Positions 41,081-51,555 of a stretch of DNA of 64,000 nucleotides are shown here, in pieces; within the stretch, counting starts at the first letter, position 1; every line of letters begins with the position of its first letter. The notes beneath the pieces are model-generated. The model was not told where the DNA came from. It saw only the letters and a list, made by a program, of their open reading frames with translations, and did not search any database. Made by a program: the position numbers and the translations under genes. This DNA comes from a virus (taxonomy: Duplodnaviria > Caudoviricetes): positions 153,630 to 217,629 of the IMG/VR virus record IMGVR_UViG_3300001525_000584, one strand, 5' to 3'.

Positions 41081-41231
41081 TATTAACCCCTTCTTTAAAA
41101 TATTGGGTGATAATGTAACGAATTTCCGCTGTTATGTTTCGGCACTCTTTTTGTGCCGCTTCACAAACGCGTAAATATAATGATTCGGGCAATGCTATTG
41201 TTTTAATAATAATCTTCTCTTTTTCAGCCAT
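41034..41231 (-). CDS. ribbon-helix-helix (Arc/CopG-like) DNA-binding protein
   Basis: KTIALPESLYLRVCEAAQKECRNITAEIRYII pattern; GAGGTG SD. Confidence 0.75.
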   Translation of the reverse strand: MAEKEKIIIKTIALPESLYLRVCEAAQKECRNITAEIRYIITQYFKEGVNNVNDATGVPTIIQKI

Positions 41232-41246
41232 TTTATCACCTCAGTT

Positions 41247-41254
41247 AATTTAGC
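41247..41254 (-). promoter_or_regulatory. GCTAAATT promoter inside nrdD cassette
   Basis: Motif 15 nt upstream of RHH start. Confidence 0.65.
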
Positions 41255-41260
41255 ATTGAT

Positions 41261-41290
41261 TTTTAATTATTTTCAATTATTTTTAATTAA
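41261..41290. repeat. 3x 10-bp tandem repeat (TTTTAATTAT/TTTCAATTAT/TTTTAATTAA), candidate RHH operator
   Basis: Read directly; spans nrdD-N stop, next to promoter. Confidence 0.5.
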
Positions 41291-42562
41291 CTCGTAACGC
41301 GAAGGATCCTGCAGTAATTCTTTGGCAGTTTTTTCTATGCGAAGACCTGTAGATACATCTAATACTAAAAATATATGCTCGGGGGTAACTGTTAAAAGAG
41401 TTCCATCTTCTGCTTCGATTTCGATCATATTAGGATGCTCATTATTCTTAATAAGGGTTCCTGTGATGTCAGCATATTCAAAAATATCCTTTTCTACATT
41501 ATAAGATACTATAGAATAATTCGAATAATCCTGATCATGCAGCACACAAAAATCTTTAATGCTCATGGTTTCATACATGCCTGTATCTTTATGCTTTACT
41601 GTGATGAGTTCTGAGCCTTCAAAGCAGCAGCTACTGAGTGAATCCGCCGAGCTTGAATTATAAACAAAAAAAGAATGGCCCTTAGACCACATATAACTGC
41701 ACCAGTCAGCCATATCTGAATCTACAAACTGTTTATTTTCATCATAAAGAAGATTTGCGGTTTCCACAGGAAAAGTTAATACAGCTTTTGTACGTTCCTG
41801 ATTAAACCACTCCATGAACATCTTCTGAAGAGCTTTAGTGGATTCATAATTGGGTTCATCACCGTCTGGGAAAACAAAATCTTTGAAAATAGCTTCGAAG
41901 TATCCCTTATCAAAATATGCGATATTTGTAAAAGGACTTTGATAACCTCTAGCACCGGCAGGTTGATTAATACAGTAAACAAACTGCTGGAAAAGATTTT
42001 CAATACGGTTTCTTAAAGTGCCTTTTCTGTTTCCAAAAGATTCGATAACATCATCCAAATGTTCTGTATAATCTTCACCATAGTCAACTCTTAAAAAGTG
42101 ATCTAAATAAGGTAAAGTTTCCGGTACCGCTACAGCTCCAGCAAACTGCCCCGCAATTAGGAAAACTAGGTTAACAAGACCTCCGATAAAAGCTTCGGCA
42201 TGTTTCGGAGCACCTGATGTACCACCCAGAGGCTTTAATCCATCCAGAAGATAAGGATATAATGATACAGCAACACAGTAGGGATAAATAGAAGTCTCGT
42301 CATGGCTATAAATACGATGTTTCTTTAGATCCTCTTCAAACATAGGGATTAAATCTTCTTCACCCATTTTCGCGAGATATTCTTTTACTATAGCTCTATT
42401 TAGTTCGATCATATCTCTTTTCGGGATCTCTGCACACATAGTAGCAACATTCTTAGACGTTACATTTGCGTTGCTATCTACTTCACTGCCTGTTGCAGCA
42501 TTAGAGGCAGCTATATAATTTCGAATAAATTTTAGTTTTGCTTCTACGCTCTCTTTACTCAT
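41273..42562 (-). CDS. nrdD: NrdD N-terminal half plus split intein N-half
   Basis: VDSNANV, IYSHDE, PYCVAV, TFPVET, SLSSC/CFEG intein junction. Confidence 0.92.
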   Translation of the reverse strand: MSKESVEAKLKFIRNYIAASNAATGSEVDSNANVTSKNVATMCAEIPKRDMIELNRAIVKEYLAKMGEEDLIPMFEEDLKKHRIYSHDETSIYPYCVAVSLYPYLLDGLKPLGGTSGAPKHAEAFIGGLVNLVFLIAGQFAGAVAVPETLPYLDHFLRVDYGEDYTEHLDDVIESFGNRKGTLRNRIENLFQQFVYCINQPAGARGYQSPFTNIAYFDKGYFEAIFKDFVFPDGDEPNYESTKALQKMFMEWFNQERTKAVLTFPVETANLLYDENKQFVDSDMADWCSYMWSKGHSFFVYNSSSADSLSSCCFEGSELITVKHKDTGMYETMSIKDFCVLHDQDYSNYSIVSYNVEKDIFEYADITGTLIKNNEHPNMIEIEAEDGTLLTVTPEHIFLVLDVSTGLRIEKTAKELLQDPSRYELIKNN

Positions 42563-42577
42563 AACTATGGTATCTCC

Positions 42578-42781
42578 TTAGGTTGCTGACTTTATATAAT
42601 CGATCAGAGCTTTGCCCTGAATTATTTGCCCATTTACATTTGCCGCAGGCGTATGATTCACACCTACTTTTTTCATCTCTTCTATATCCTGACATTCGGT
42701 ATACTGTATATTTTTCTTCTTATCCAGAAGCATATGAATCATTCGGCACTGTGGACAGTTCTGTTGTGTATAAAGTATCAT
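42578..42781 (-). CDS. glutaredoxin / NrdH-like redoxin
   Basis: LYT...CPQC; TP motif. Confidence 0.8.
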   Translation of the reverse strand: MILYTQQNCPQCRMIHMLLDKKKNIQYTECQDIEEMKKVGVNHTPAANVNGQIIQGKALIDYIKSAT

Positions 42782-42876
42782 ACCCTCAAAATCCTTTCTT
42801 TTTCTACATTATTATACAATTTTAGATATGTATAGGCCCTGCTTAATCTACAGAGCCTATAACTTTTTTGGTGGTT

Positions 42877-42884
42877 AATTTAGC
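42877..42884 (-). promoter_or_regulatory. GCTAAATT motif upstream of redoxin/nrdD
   Basis: Recurrent motif; ATTGTATA also present at 42813-42820. Confidence 0.5.
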
Positions 42885-42920
42885 CACATTTAAAAATTCA
42901 GGATCCGGGGTAAAATGCTC

Positions 42921-44603
42921 TTATAAATCTTCTATATAAGACTTTAAAAGATTTACAGTAGATTCTTCTATTTTATCATCTACTAAATAATCTCCCATAG
43001 CCTGTTTCAAATTTACGATCTCTGCTACACGTTCATCTACAGTGTTTGCACATATTAATCTATATATAAACGCCGCACCTTTATTATCTACTCTATGTAT
43101 GCGATCGAATACCTGCTGACATTCAGCCGCAGTCCAGGGCGTATCCAAACAAATCATATAAGTTGCAGCATTTAAAGTCAAACCTGTACCAGATTTTTGC
43201 GTGGTACCCAACCAAACTTTATATTTAGGATCAGTTTGAAACAACTCTTTATTCTTTTCGAAAGTACCATCATCTACATCGCCTGTACCCAGTAAAGGAT
43301 AGTACTGTTTTAAAGATTCGTTTAAAATCCTTAAAGGTTCTTTTATAGTAGACATGATAACCACTTTGTTACCATTTTCTATAATCTCTTCAGCTAATTC
43401 TATAGCGCGTTCTATTTTACTAGCTTTTATAGGTTCGGATGTTAATAAAGAAGGACATGTTGCAGCCTGAATTAATCTAATAGTCATGGCTAAAACATTT
43501 TCTTTATTTAAATCTATTTTATCACACTGTTCTTTGACACCATCTTTTACATTTTCATAGAACTGTTTGTGATCGTCATTCATCTCTACAAGTTCATCTA
43601 CTACAAATTTAGGCGGCAAACCTTCTATAATATCTTTTGTGCGTCTCAAAGAACATGTATCTAATTCTTCTTTTAGCAGCTTTAAATTTTTATACCCTAT
43701 AACCTGATGGCCACCAAAACCACCATAAATACAGTATAAAGCTTTAAAATTAGTTAAATTAGATTTTTCCACTCCAATCCATTTTAATGGTACATAGGCA
43801 TCTAAAGGCTTTGACTGAATTAATGTCCCGGTCAAACCTAATCGATGTTTTGACTGAGTTAATTTTAATAGTCCAGCAGCCTGCGCAGCTTGAGAGCCTT
43901 TACATTTGTGGCATTCGTCCAGGACAACCATATCTATATTATTTTTACTAGTTTTGATCGCCTGTATAATCTCTGCTGAACGTAAGCACTCTACATTAAT
44001 TATATAGAAAAAAGCATCTAAAGGATTATGTAACTCTACTGCACGTTCTTTAGTATTTGCATAATAGATTTTTCCACTTTTACTGACTTTTTTCCCTATA
44101 ATTCTACAGGATAAATTAGAATGCTTTTTGATCTCAGCCTCCCAGTTACCCTTTAATGAATTAATGCCACATATAATTAAACAGTGTTCTAATCCCTTTT
44201 GCTCTTTTAATTCTTCTGCCAGATGTATTATAGAAGCTGTTTTACCTAATCCTGGAGCATCTAATAATAAACCGCAGTCCTGATTTAAACCCCATTCTAT
44301 AGCTTCTAACTGATGTTTAAAAGGAGGTATTTTATAAGTATCGACCAGCTTAGGATAAAAATGAACTTTGTCAGAGTCTTCTGTTTTTAATGTTAATGTG
44401 ATATCATCTAAATAAGTTAATTCATTTAAAAGATACGCCAGAGAAGTAACAGGCAGTTCCCATCCATGCGTATTTTTGTCATAAAAATACTTTTCAGAAC
44501 TTTGCTTTAAAACATTAACAACATTTATATTAAAATCAAAAGAGATATGTAAAGAGGTTAATCCTGAACATTTTATCGAGGGCTTTTCTTCTATTCTAAT
44601 CAT
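42921..44603 (-). CDS. SNF2-family helicase
   Basis: DAPGLGKT, LDECH, LTGT, GTGLTL, DRIHR motifs. Confidence 0.9.
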   Translation of the reverse strand: MIRIEEKPSIKCSGLTSLHISFDFNINVVNVLKQSSEKYFYDKNTHGWELPVTSLAYLLNELTYLDDITLTLKTEDSDKVHFYPKLVDTYKIPPFKHQLEAIEWGLNQDCGLLLDAPGLGKTASIIHLAEELKEQKGLEHCLIICGINSLKGNWEAEIKKHSNLSCRIIGKKVSKSGKIYYANTKERAVELHNPLDAFFYIINVECLRSAEIIQAIKTSKNNIDMVVLDECHKCKGSQAAQAAGLLKLTQSKHRLGLTGTLIQSKPLDAYVPLKWIGVEKSNLTNFKALYCIYGGFGGHQVIGYKNLKLLKEELDTCSLRRTKDIIEGLPPKFVVDELVEMNDDHKQFYENVKDGVKEQCDKIDLNKENVLAMTIRLIQAATCPSLLTSEPIKASKIERAIELAEEIIENGNKVVIMSTIKEPLRILNESLKQYYPLLGTGDVDDGTFEKNKELFQTDPKYKVWLGTTQKSGTGLTLNAATYMICLDTPWTAAECQQVFDRIHRVDNKGAAFIYRLICANTVDERVAEIVNLKQAMGDYLVDDKIEESTVNLLKSYIEDL

Positions 44604-44869
44604 TAAAAGGCATCCTGTTCATTGAAAATATCAACTACAGGAAAAGATCTAAAAGAAACAGTTGCTTCTACTGCAAATAGTTTTCCACAACCGTCACATG
44701 TATAGGTTTCGCAAAGATTCATATCTTCTCCATTAAAACCTAAAATGCCTCCTTTATCATCTCTAATAATATCCCTGGGACATCCGATAAAAGACTTAGG
44801 ATATAGAATCTCCGCCGGTAAATATTCTCTGCCACAGCAGGGACATTTAATAGAACTTTTCTTAGACAT
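44603..44869 (-). CDS. small zinc-ribbon protein
   Basis: CPCC and CDGC motifs. Confidence 0.65.
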   Translation of the reverse strand: MSKKSSIKCPCCGREYLPAEILYPKSFIGCPRDIIRDDKGGILGFNGEDMNLCETYTCDGCGKLFAVEATVSFRSFPVVDIFNEQDAF

Positions 44870-44882
44870 TTATTTACTCTCC

Positions 44883-45629
44883 TTAGAATACTTCATCACT
44901 GATACTGTTGGTGGTTTTTTGTGTATTAACCTGAGTAAAGTTACCTGATCTATTATTAGGAACACCCTTTTTCAAAACATCACGTTCATACAAACTAATA
45001 GCCCACTGACAGTCTATATAGCCATGAATAGTGGCTATCTCTATAATCTTTAATGCAGCTTTTTTATCTCCGTTACAATACTCATCCAGCTTATCTTTAA
45101 AGTATCTTACCTGAATTTTAGAAAGCCCTTTACCCTGACCAAATAAAGAATCAACCCAACCCTTTAATGCAAATAAAATATCTATATCTCTACACTCTAT
45201 AGAATCTTTTATTGTGTTAATAGAATGTTGCTTATCAGCCTGAACAACACCTTTAGGAGAAGTGCGCTTAGCAACTTTAGAAACCTTTTCCAAAATCTTT
45301 ATATCTTCAGAGGATAATAGTGATGCATAGGCTTCTATATCTAATCTAATAGTGTCGGGGTCTTCATCATCAAAGCGACTAATGACACCAATTTTAGATA
45401 AATTAATATCACATTTTAACTGGGATTTAACATCTAATGATGTTCTTTGCTCTATAAATTCTCGATCTACTTTAAAATAAGTGTCCTGGATAAGCTTATG
45501 CTTAAGATATGCCTTTTTATATATATTCAATAATTCAGCACAGTATACTGCTGTGTTTAATCCAAAAATGTTTATGGCATCTATACTAACCATAATATAG
45601 TTTTGAGAATTTAACAAATCTATAAGCAT
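44883..45629 (-). CDS. hypothetical, possible replication initiator (winged-helix-like N-terminus)
   Basis: FGLNTAVYCAEL...YFKVDREFIEQRTSL pattern; replication context. Confidence 0.45.
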   Translation of the reverse strand: MLIDLLNSQNYIMVSIDAINIFGLNTAVYCAELLNIYKKAYLKHKLIQDTYFKVDREFIEQRTSLDVKSQLKCDINLSKIGVISRFDDEDPDTIRLDIEAYASLLSSEDIKILEKVSKVAKRTSPKGVVQADKQHSINTIKDSIECRDIDILFALKGWVDSLFGQGKGLSKIQVRYFKDKLDEYCNGDKKAALKIIEIATIHGYIDCQWAISLYERDVLKKGVPNNRSGNFTQVNTQKTTNSISDEVF

Positions 45630-45652
45630 AAGCTGTATCTCCTTTTATATTT

Positions 45653-46777
45653 TTACGCGTTTCTAACTACGACCTGCGGGATAACATTTTTAACGCTACC
45701 TCGAACAACCACACAACATGCGTGATCAGAGCCAAAATTAATGGTTGCATACTGCTCAGTGCAGTTATCGATGACCTTCTTAAAATGCGTCAAATCAACC
45801 TTCATGGTATACTCTTCATCAAAAGTTACGGCGTTCTGATAACGTACAAATTCTGTGTTTTCTTCTTTTGTATCATATACCGTAACGCCTTCTGAAGCGA
45901 ACTTAAAGGCACTATAAGGACGGGTATTATTTTTATCAGTATTAAACAGAAGTAGTCTATTTAATGCAGCAGACAGTTCTTTTACATTAAAAACAACCTT
46001 ATATTCATAGTCTTTGTTCGCCCTGTTTCTAATAGGTCCTACAGGTACCTGAGACAGCAGTGAATCGTCGCAGCCTGTTACTGCAGTAAGCATAATATTA
46101 TCAGTAACAAAAGAAACTTTTGTTTGCATAATCTTATCACTTAAAGCATCATAGCCCAGGGTAAAATTAACCATTTCGCCCTTAAAAAGCTTAAAGAGAT
46201 TTACCAGTCGCGCATTCAGCAAAACCTTAATAGGCTGAGGCAGCTGAAAATTATTTACACATGCACCAGAAGTAAAAGTGATACAACCTTCATTATCTAA
46301 ATAGAAAAGCTTCTGTACAGGCTGCACTGCGTTACCCATAGTCAACTGTTTACTATTAAAGTTTACGATGCTATCCAAAACAGAACCAGAGATGGACATA
46401 TTCACTGTAGGATTCTGAATAGTGATTGCAGGTACAGTCATCATATGATCATTTTCAAAAATCAGAGGGATCTTATAGTTGCCATTCGCTTTAACATTCA
46501 TGTAGGTATCATGTAAAGTGATCTCAACTGTTTCTGAAGTGATGGCTGCAATAAGCTTTAAAAACAGATTTGCATTAACAGATGCATGAAACTCTTCTAC
46601 ACCAGGCAGAGGAAACTTTACTCTGGCATAATATTCTCCATTTGTTGTGCTAAGATATAATGCATCGCCCGAAGTCTGAAGTTCGAGGGTCTCTGTTAAC
46701 GTGGATAACTCTGAAGTATCTGTAGCTGCCAAAACTGTTTTACAAACTTCTTGAAACTCTTTAATATCAATAATCAT
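45653..46777 (-). CDS. dnaN: DNA polymerase III beta-type sliding clamp
   Basis: 374 aa, clamp-like three-domain pattern; replication context. Confidence 0.65.
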   Translation of the reverse strand: MIIDIKEFQEVCKTVLAATDTSELSTLTETLELQTSGDALYLSTTNGEYYARVKFPLPGVEEFHASVNANLFLKLIAAITSETVEITLHDTYMNVKANGNYKIPLIFENDHMMTVPAITIQNPTVNMSISGSVLDSIVNFNSKQLTMGNAVQPVQKLFYLDNEGCITFTSGACVNNFQLPQPIKVLLNARLVNLFKLFKGEMVNFTLGYDALSDKIMQTKVSFVTDNIMLTAVTGCDDSLLSQVPVGPIRNRANKDYEYKVVFNVKELSAALNRLLLFNTDKNNTRPYSAFKFASEGVTVYDTKEENTEFVRYQNAVTFDEEYTMKVDLTHFKKVIDNCTEQYATINFGSDHACCVVVRGSVKNVIPQVVVRNA

Positions 46778-46792
46778 CTATTTTTCCTCCTA

Positions 46793-47539
46793 TTATCTCT
46801 GAACATCTAATAGTTTCTGTTCAAAATCCATAATAAAATTAGTATAAGATTCTTCAGTTAATTCTGGATAAACCTTTTCCAAATCTATAGTTCCGTTTCG
46901 GTCAGTGAAAAAGTCTATGTTCTGAATGACATCTAAAGCAAAAAGACATGTATCACAACTTCTGACTCTGCGATACACCTTTTTAGGCATGGTCAAAAGT
47001 TCTCCGAGTTGATACCAGCTACCTAAAAAATGAATCTCTTTATCACCTTCTTTAAAGATATCGTATAGAGAAGCTCTGCTACGTCCAGCAACCCAGTCAA
47101 AAGAACTCATGACCTTCGGGATACCAATAACATCAATCTCAGGCATACCATTTAGAGCATCAAAGCACTTTTTAAAAGCTTCTTGCGTAGTACCATGGCA
47201 AACAGCCATAAGTTTATAATCACCTAATCTATTATGATCTTTTAACCACTGAATAGCTTCTTTAGTAGATTTAATAGTTGCCTCCCCGTCCCTAAACACA
47301 TCCGGCAAAATAATCTCATCTGCTTTTATCTTATCTGCAGCAGCCATTAGTCGCTCCATAGATAAAGCACCACCGAGCTCGATAAGACTGTTATCCAAAA
47401 TTTTATAAGCCTCAGAATGCTCTAAAGCTAATTCGGCATACTGCGAATCTTTTTCAACCAGGTGTGTTAAAAGCATAACTATAGGTTCTTCATACATTAG
47501 ATGATAGGTGCCTTTTGGCATAATAGAACAAACATACAT
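46793..47539 (-). CDS. TGT-fold DpdA-like transglycosylase (putative 7-deazaguanine DNA insertion)
   Basis: ILDNS, ILPDV, MAVCHG, IHFLG, RSCDT motifs in TGT order; next to que genes. Confidence 0.6.
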   Translation of the reverse strand: MYVCSIMPKGTYHLMYEEPIVMLLTHLVEKDSQYAELALEHSEAYKILDNSLIELGGALSMERLMAAADKIKADEIILPDVFRDGEATIKSTKEAIQWLKDHNRLGDYKLMAVCHGTTQEAFKKCFDALNGMPEIDVIGIPKVMSSFDWVAGRSRASLYDIFKEGDKEIHFLGSWYQLGELLTMPKKVYRRVRSCDTCLFALDVIQNIDFFTDRNGTIDLEKVYPELTEESYTNFIMDFEQKLLDVQR

Positions 47540-47565
47540 AAGACTTTTTCAACCTCCTTTTACTT

Positions 47566-48117
47566 TTAAACTAACTTAGATACAGTTGCTCCGCCTTGCC
47601 ACTGACCATTATAAAGATCAGTCTTTTCATTTTCAGGAACGATCAACTGACATACTCGGGCATTTTCTTCGAGATAAAATCCCTCCACATTATGCACAGT
47701 GATTCTAATGCTCATAGGATAAATACCTTCTTCAGAGTTACTGGTATAACCAGGATCCCAAACAGCTGATACGATGTCTACGCCGGATCTATTCAGGGAA
47801 CTTCTCAGAAAAATAAGTCCTGTGGTGTTTTCAGCAAAGCTACAACCTTCATTTAGTTTAATAATATAAGATCCTGTTCCGATGTGCCAGCCTCGATGTT
47901 CTTTTCCGGCAGGATCAGTAAAAGTAACTTTTTCCAGCGATGCAGAAGGCGCTGCGTATGTTTTATCCTTCAGAGTATAACCAGGTCCTGTAAACACTTC
48001 AACATCTTTGATACTCAGGTCAACGCCAACCTGAGCCTTTTTACAGTACTTCTTAGTGGTGTGTACTTCGTCTGCAATGATAATATTATTATAAATATAG
48101 TCTGCACTCTTCAGCAT
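47566..48117 (-). CDS. trimeric dUTPase / dCTP deaminase family protein
   Basis: GVDLS, RSSLNRSG, WDPGY, ARVCQL, YNGQWQ. Confidence 0.82.
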   Translation of the reverse strand: MLKSADYIYNNIIIADEVHTTKKYCKKAQVGVDLSIKDVEVFTGPGYTLKDKTYAAPSASLEKVTFTDPAGKEHRGWHIGTGSYIIKLNEGCSFAENTTGLIFLRSSLNRSGVDIVSAVWDPGYTSNSEEGIYPMSIRITVHNVEGFYLEENARVCQLIVPENEKTDLYNGQWQGGATVSKLV

Positions 48118-48228
48118 TCTTTAATCATCTCCTATTTGTTGATATAAATCTATACAATAGCTAGGACTTTTATCAGCCCTTTTGCATAAAAAAAGGTCCT
48201 TTTTTCAGAACCTTTTTTACTAATATTT

Positions 48229-48999
48229 TTAAGCAACCTGTGCAGCTTCATACTTCTTTAGTTTAGTTACTATTTTATAAGTTACTGGCGAAATAATAAT
48301 CTCATACACAGTTTTAATAGTTACCTGAATTAAAATGATGCAGAGCAGCTGCCAAAAGTTTTTAATAGTTTTTCCGAACTGATTTGTGAATAGATAAAGC
48401 AGCGGGATGAAAATCATGCTATCGATTAATTCGCCTGCAAAAGAGGATAAAATAGCTCTTAGGCAAAATTTACCTGCTTTATCATTATCTCCGGTTTTAG
48501 CAGTCCATTTACGGATAACTTCAAATACCAAATCATCGATCCAAGAACCCACACAAAATGCTAGCAAAGAGGCACATAGAATACCTAAAGAGCCCCAGTT
48601 ACCAGAAACAAAATCAAATCCAAAACCTGTTTCCAAACCTTTTCCTACAACATCCTGATAATAAGGATTTGCTCCAGGGATAATAATCGTCAAAATAATG
48701 ATAATATCTGTAAATAGGTTAAGTGCAAAACCTAGCCAGGTAACTCTTCTCGATGCACTATAACCATATACTTCACTCATAACATCTGAGATAATATATG
48801 TGATGGGAAAACAAAGTACGCCACAGGTTAATACGAGTTCAGCACCACCAATAGACCAACCAAAAACAGAAAAGGATTTACCTGCTGCGATATTAGAGGC
48901 AATAAGCGCTACAGAAGAGATCGCTACGAGTAAAACAAACATAGCTGATCCACCTTTTAGCTTTTCATCACCCCAAAGTAGAGACTTTAACTTCTTCAT
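48229..48999 (-). CDS. yhhQ: queuosine precursor transporter (YhhQ/VUT family)
   Basis: SNIAAGK, FPITYIISDVMSEVYG, ASLLAF, GELIDSMIF, K..YE motifs. Confidence 0.88.
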   Translation of the reverse strand: MKKLKSLLWGDEKLKGGSAMFVLLVAISSVALIASNIAAGKSFSVFGWSIGGAELVLTCGVLCFPITYIISDVMSEVYGYSASRRVTWLGFALNLFTDIIIILTIIIPGANPYYQDVVGKGLETGFGFDFVSGNWGSLGILCASLLAFCVGSWIDDLVFEVIRKWTAKTGDNDKAGKFCLRAILSSFAGELIDSMIFIPLLYLFTNQFGKTIKNFWQLLCIILIQVTIKTVYEIIISPVTYKIVTKLKKYEAAQVA

Positions 49000-49056
49000 T
49001 TAATACCTCTTTTAGTTTGTTATTTAGCGTCGCCATTAATAGAAACACACGACGAT
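49000..49056 (-). ncRNA. candidate pseudoknot riboswitch leader, copy B (transporter)
   Basis: CGUCGU-GUGUUUCUAUUAAUG-GCGACG, A-rich tail AAAUAACAAACUA, SD AGAGG. Confidence 0.6.
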
Positions 49057-49073
49057 ATATAAAGATACATTAA

Positions 49074-49868
49074 TCAGTTTTGAAAAATGCCGCCTTTGAA
49101 TTCAGTTGTCAAATTACCGTTCTTAGAACATGCACCTCTAAAACGTTCACAACCATGCACTACACCCTCTAATCTGACATATACATCTTCTGTGTCTGCA
49201 ATTCTTTGAATAGTGTGCCCGATATATTTTGTTAAATCTTCTTGCAGCCAAAATCTTCGTGAAGCCCAGTCTACAAAACGCTGCAACTTACTGATACCAA
49301 TTAGATATTTACCAGGCTTATAACTGATAATAGCTTTACCACCATCAAAGGTACTAAAAGGTAAAAAGTGATGTGAACAACAGGACACTACATCTACTTC
49401 TTTTGTGATAATATCGGTTTTACCGTCATTAGGGAAAAATGATACAAAAGGTTCCTTGCACCATCTGCCGCTGCCTAGTTCAGTCATATCATTAGGATCT
49501 GCCCCCACCCATATTTTAGCCAAGCGCCCCGGGGTCCCTTTTCCGAGGCTCTGCGCAGCTACATTCTCATCGGTCAAATCTACCTTCATAGCTTTAAAAG
49601 CTTCAGTAAGATAATACTGCGTTAAACTGCGCATAATCCAGTGCACTTCAGGCTTTACAGAATCGCTTTTAATGTATTCACATTCGCCTTCATCCAGAGC
49701 ATGTCGATCACTATAGTCTGTAGAGATCTCATGAATATTTTCACAGGCTTTAAAATCAGGTATTTGTAGATATAAATTAAAGTTCTCTTCAAAAGTATCT
49801 AAAGAGCCAAACTTTTTTTCATACATGTCCTTAATAAAAGACACAGCTTCTTCAGTGATATTAAACAT
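49074..49868 (-). CDS. folE: GTP cyclohydrolase I
   Basis: TPGRLAK, SCCSHHFLPF, GISKLQR, LQEDLT, HGC..RG motifs. Confidence 0.9.
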   Translation of the reverse strand: MFNITEEAVSFIKDMYEKKFGSLDTFEENFNLYLQIPDFKACENIHEISTDYSDRHALDEGECEYIKSDSVKPEVHWIMRSLTQYYLTEAFKAMKVDLTDENVAAQSLGKGTPGRLAKIWVGADPNDMTELGSGRWCKEPFVSFFPNDGKTDIITKEVDVVSCCSHHFLPFSTFDGGKAIISYKPGKYLIGISKLQRFVDWASRRFWLQEDLTKYIGHTIQRIADTEDVYVRLEGVVHGCERFRGACSKNGNLTTEFKGGIFQN

Positions 49869-49901
49869 ATATTATAACCTCTTTTCGTGTTCTACACTTA
49901 T

Positions 49902-51512
49902 TTAATCTACATACTCCCAGGTATAACCCCCGAGCATTTTATTTTTTCTACGGCCCGTGCAAATTCTACCCAGGGTATTTTTATTTATATTAAAGTGTGC
50001 TGCAGCATCCTTCTGAGAAGGAAAAATAATATTCAGCTCAATACATCTAACTCTCTTTTGATTTTTTAGAGTTGCTGGACGCTCTTCTAGACGCGGTTTG
50101 CCCACAAAAGCTTTCAACGCCTGTATCATTTCTTGATCTTTTATACGCGCCCAATGATATCCTCCTCCATAACCTCCTTTATGAGCTGCTGCGCTTATAC
50201 AACTCGCATTCATATGCAGTTGCTCCGCTGCTTCTGATGCAGAATTAAAAATTTGCTGCGTCTCTATGCATATAACCTGACTTAACTGTTTCTCTATCCG
50301 ATTCTGCTGAGCCTTTAAAGAGGCTTTTTTTGCAGAGGACAATGCGCATCTGGGTTTTCCTATAAAACTTTTTAAAGATTCTTGTTTCAAAGTATCATGC
50401 AAGAAAGCCCAGTGATAACCATCACAGGTTTCTACACGGCCAGTTAATGCACTACTAAGAGCTCCTGCAGACAGAGGAGGATTATGTGTCTGGCAGGCTT
50501 CTTTCGCAGATTTATAAACTCGCTGCGTTTCTATACATATTATGCTTTTACTACTACGATCACTCAGCGCTTTTCTATATTCTTCTGAATATACTCGACC
50601 TACAGCGGCTTTTTTCCGAGACTCTGATAGTCTTTTGCTGCGCTCTTCTTTAGATTCGGGGGGCTTTCCTACAAAATCTTGTAGTTGCTTTTGTAACTCC
50701 GCATCATCTAAATAGGCAAAATGATAACCCCTGAATCTCTCACCATCATAGAGGACATGTTGCAAACTGTTTTCAAGACAGTTCAAAGTCTGTGCACATT
50801 GTTTTATCGATGCAAAAGTTTGTTGTGTTTCTATGCAAATAATAGGGCGGGCGCGCAGCTCTTTTTGTAAATAAGGTGGTTTACCTATAAAAAAAGCTAA
50901 GGCCTTTATTTTCTCCGTATCACTACTATATGCAAAATGATACCCACGAGCCGTGGCCTTATAATTCAATAAAACTTCTCTTTGGAGTTTAGTACCAATA
51001 AAATGAGAAGCTTCTTTAACAGAATTAAAAACTTGCTGAGTTTCTATGCATATAACACTTTTAAATTCGCATGCCTTTGCTTGCTCATACATTTTTTGAT
51101 AGTTTTCCAGGCCGTTTTCCTTTATAAGTTGCTCTATCTGCTCTAAAGATCTTTTTTGTTTATTATTAGGGTCTCCACGAAGCTGCTTATCTAAGGCATT
51201 AAATAATCCTGGGAACAATACGTCTAAACAGCATCGGCATAAATAATAATGAACTTTGATATGGTCCTGAAAATATAAATTAATTTTAAAATTTTTTGGG
51301 TCGCCGTTAGCCTGTGCTAATGCTTCTTTTCTGGGTACTTCATAGGCCTTTTTATAATAACATACAGGTATAACATGATGGCGCTGTGTTCTACCGGGCT
51401 GATTTGCTAAGCCCTCATTAAGAGCTATGCAGGCGCAATATTTATCTAAAAATTCATTATCAATAAAATAATTCGTATCTAATAGAGTCTCTTTTATTGT
51501 AGAAGCTTCCAT
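49902..51512 (-). CDS. free-standing HNH homing endonuclease with 5 NUMOD1-like repeats
   Basis: RHHVIP...INL...DHIKVH; five (I/R)CIE repeats. Confidence 0.78.
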   Translation of the reverse strand: MEASTIKETLLDTNYFIDNEFLDKYCACIALNEGLANQPGRTQRHHVIPVCYYKKAYEVPRKEALAQANGDPKNFKINLYFQDHIKVHYYLCRCCLDVLFPGLFNALDKQLRGDPNNKQKRSLEQIEQLIKENGLENYQKMYEQAKACEFKSVICIETQQVFNSVKEASHFIGTKLQREVLLNYKATARGYHFAYSSDTEKIKALAFFIGKPPYLQKELRARPIICIETQQTFASIKQCAQTLNCLENSLQHVLYDGERFRGYHFAYLDDAELQKQLQDFVGKPPESKEERSKRLSESRKKAAVGRVYSEEYRKALSDRSSKSIICIETQRVYKSAKEACQTHNPPLSAGALSSALTGRVETCDGYHWAFLHDTLKQESLKSFIGKPRCALSSAKKASLKAQQNRIEKQLSQVICIETQQIFNSASEAAEQLHMNASCISAAAHKGGYGGGYHWARIKDQEMIQALKAFVGKPRLEERPATLKNQKRVRCIELNIIFPSQKDAAAHFNINKNTLGRICTGRRKNKMLGGYTWEYVD

Positions 51513-51547
51513 AAATAGCTAAAATCCCTTCTTCAAAAATTATAGGG

Positions 51548-51555
51548 AATTTAGC
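51548..51555 (-). promoter_or_regulatory. GCTAAATT promoter upstream of HNH gene
   Basis: Recurrent motif. Confidence 0.6.

Larger units (their letters stand above)
39733..41626 (-). mobile_element. gene-splitting cassette in nrdD: IntN, promoter, RHH, endonuclease, IntC
   Basis: IntN 41276-41626 (117 aa, CFEGS...TVTPEH), IntC 39733-39837, two intervening ORFs. Confidence 0.85.
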
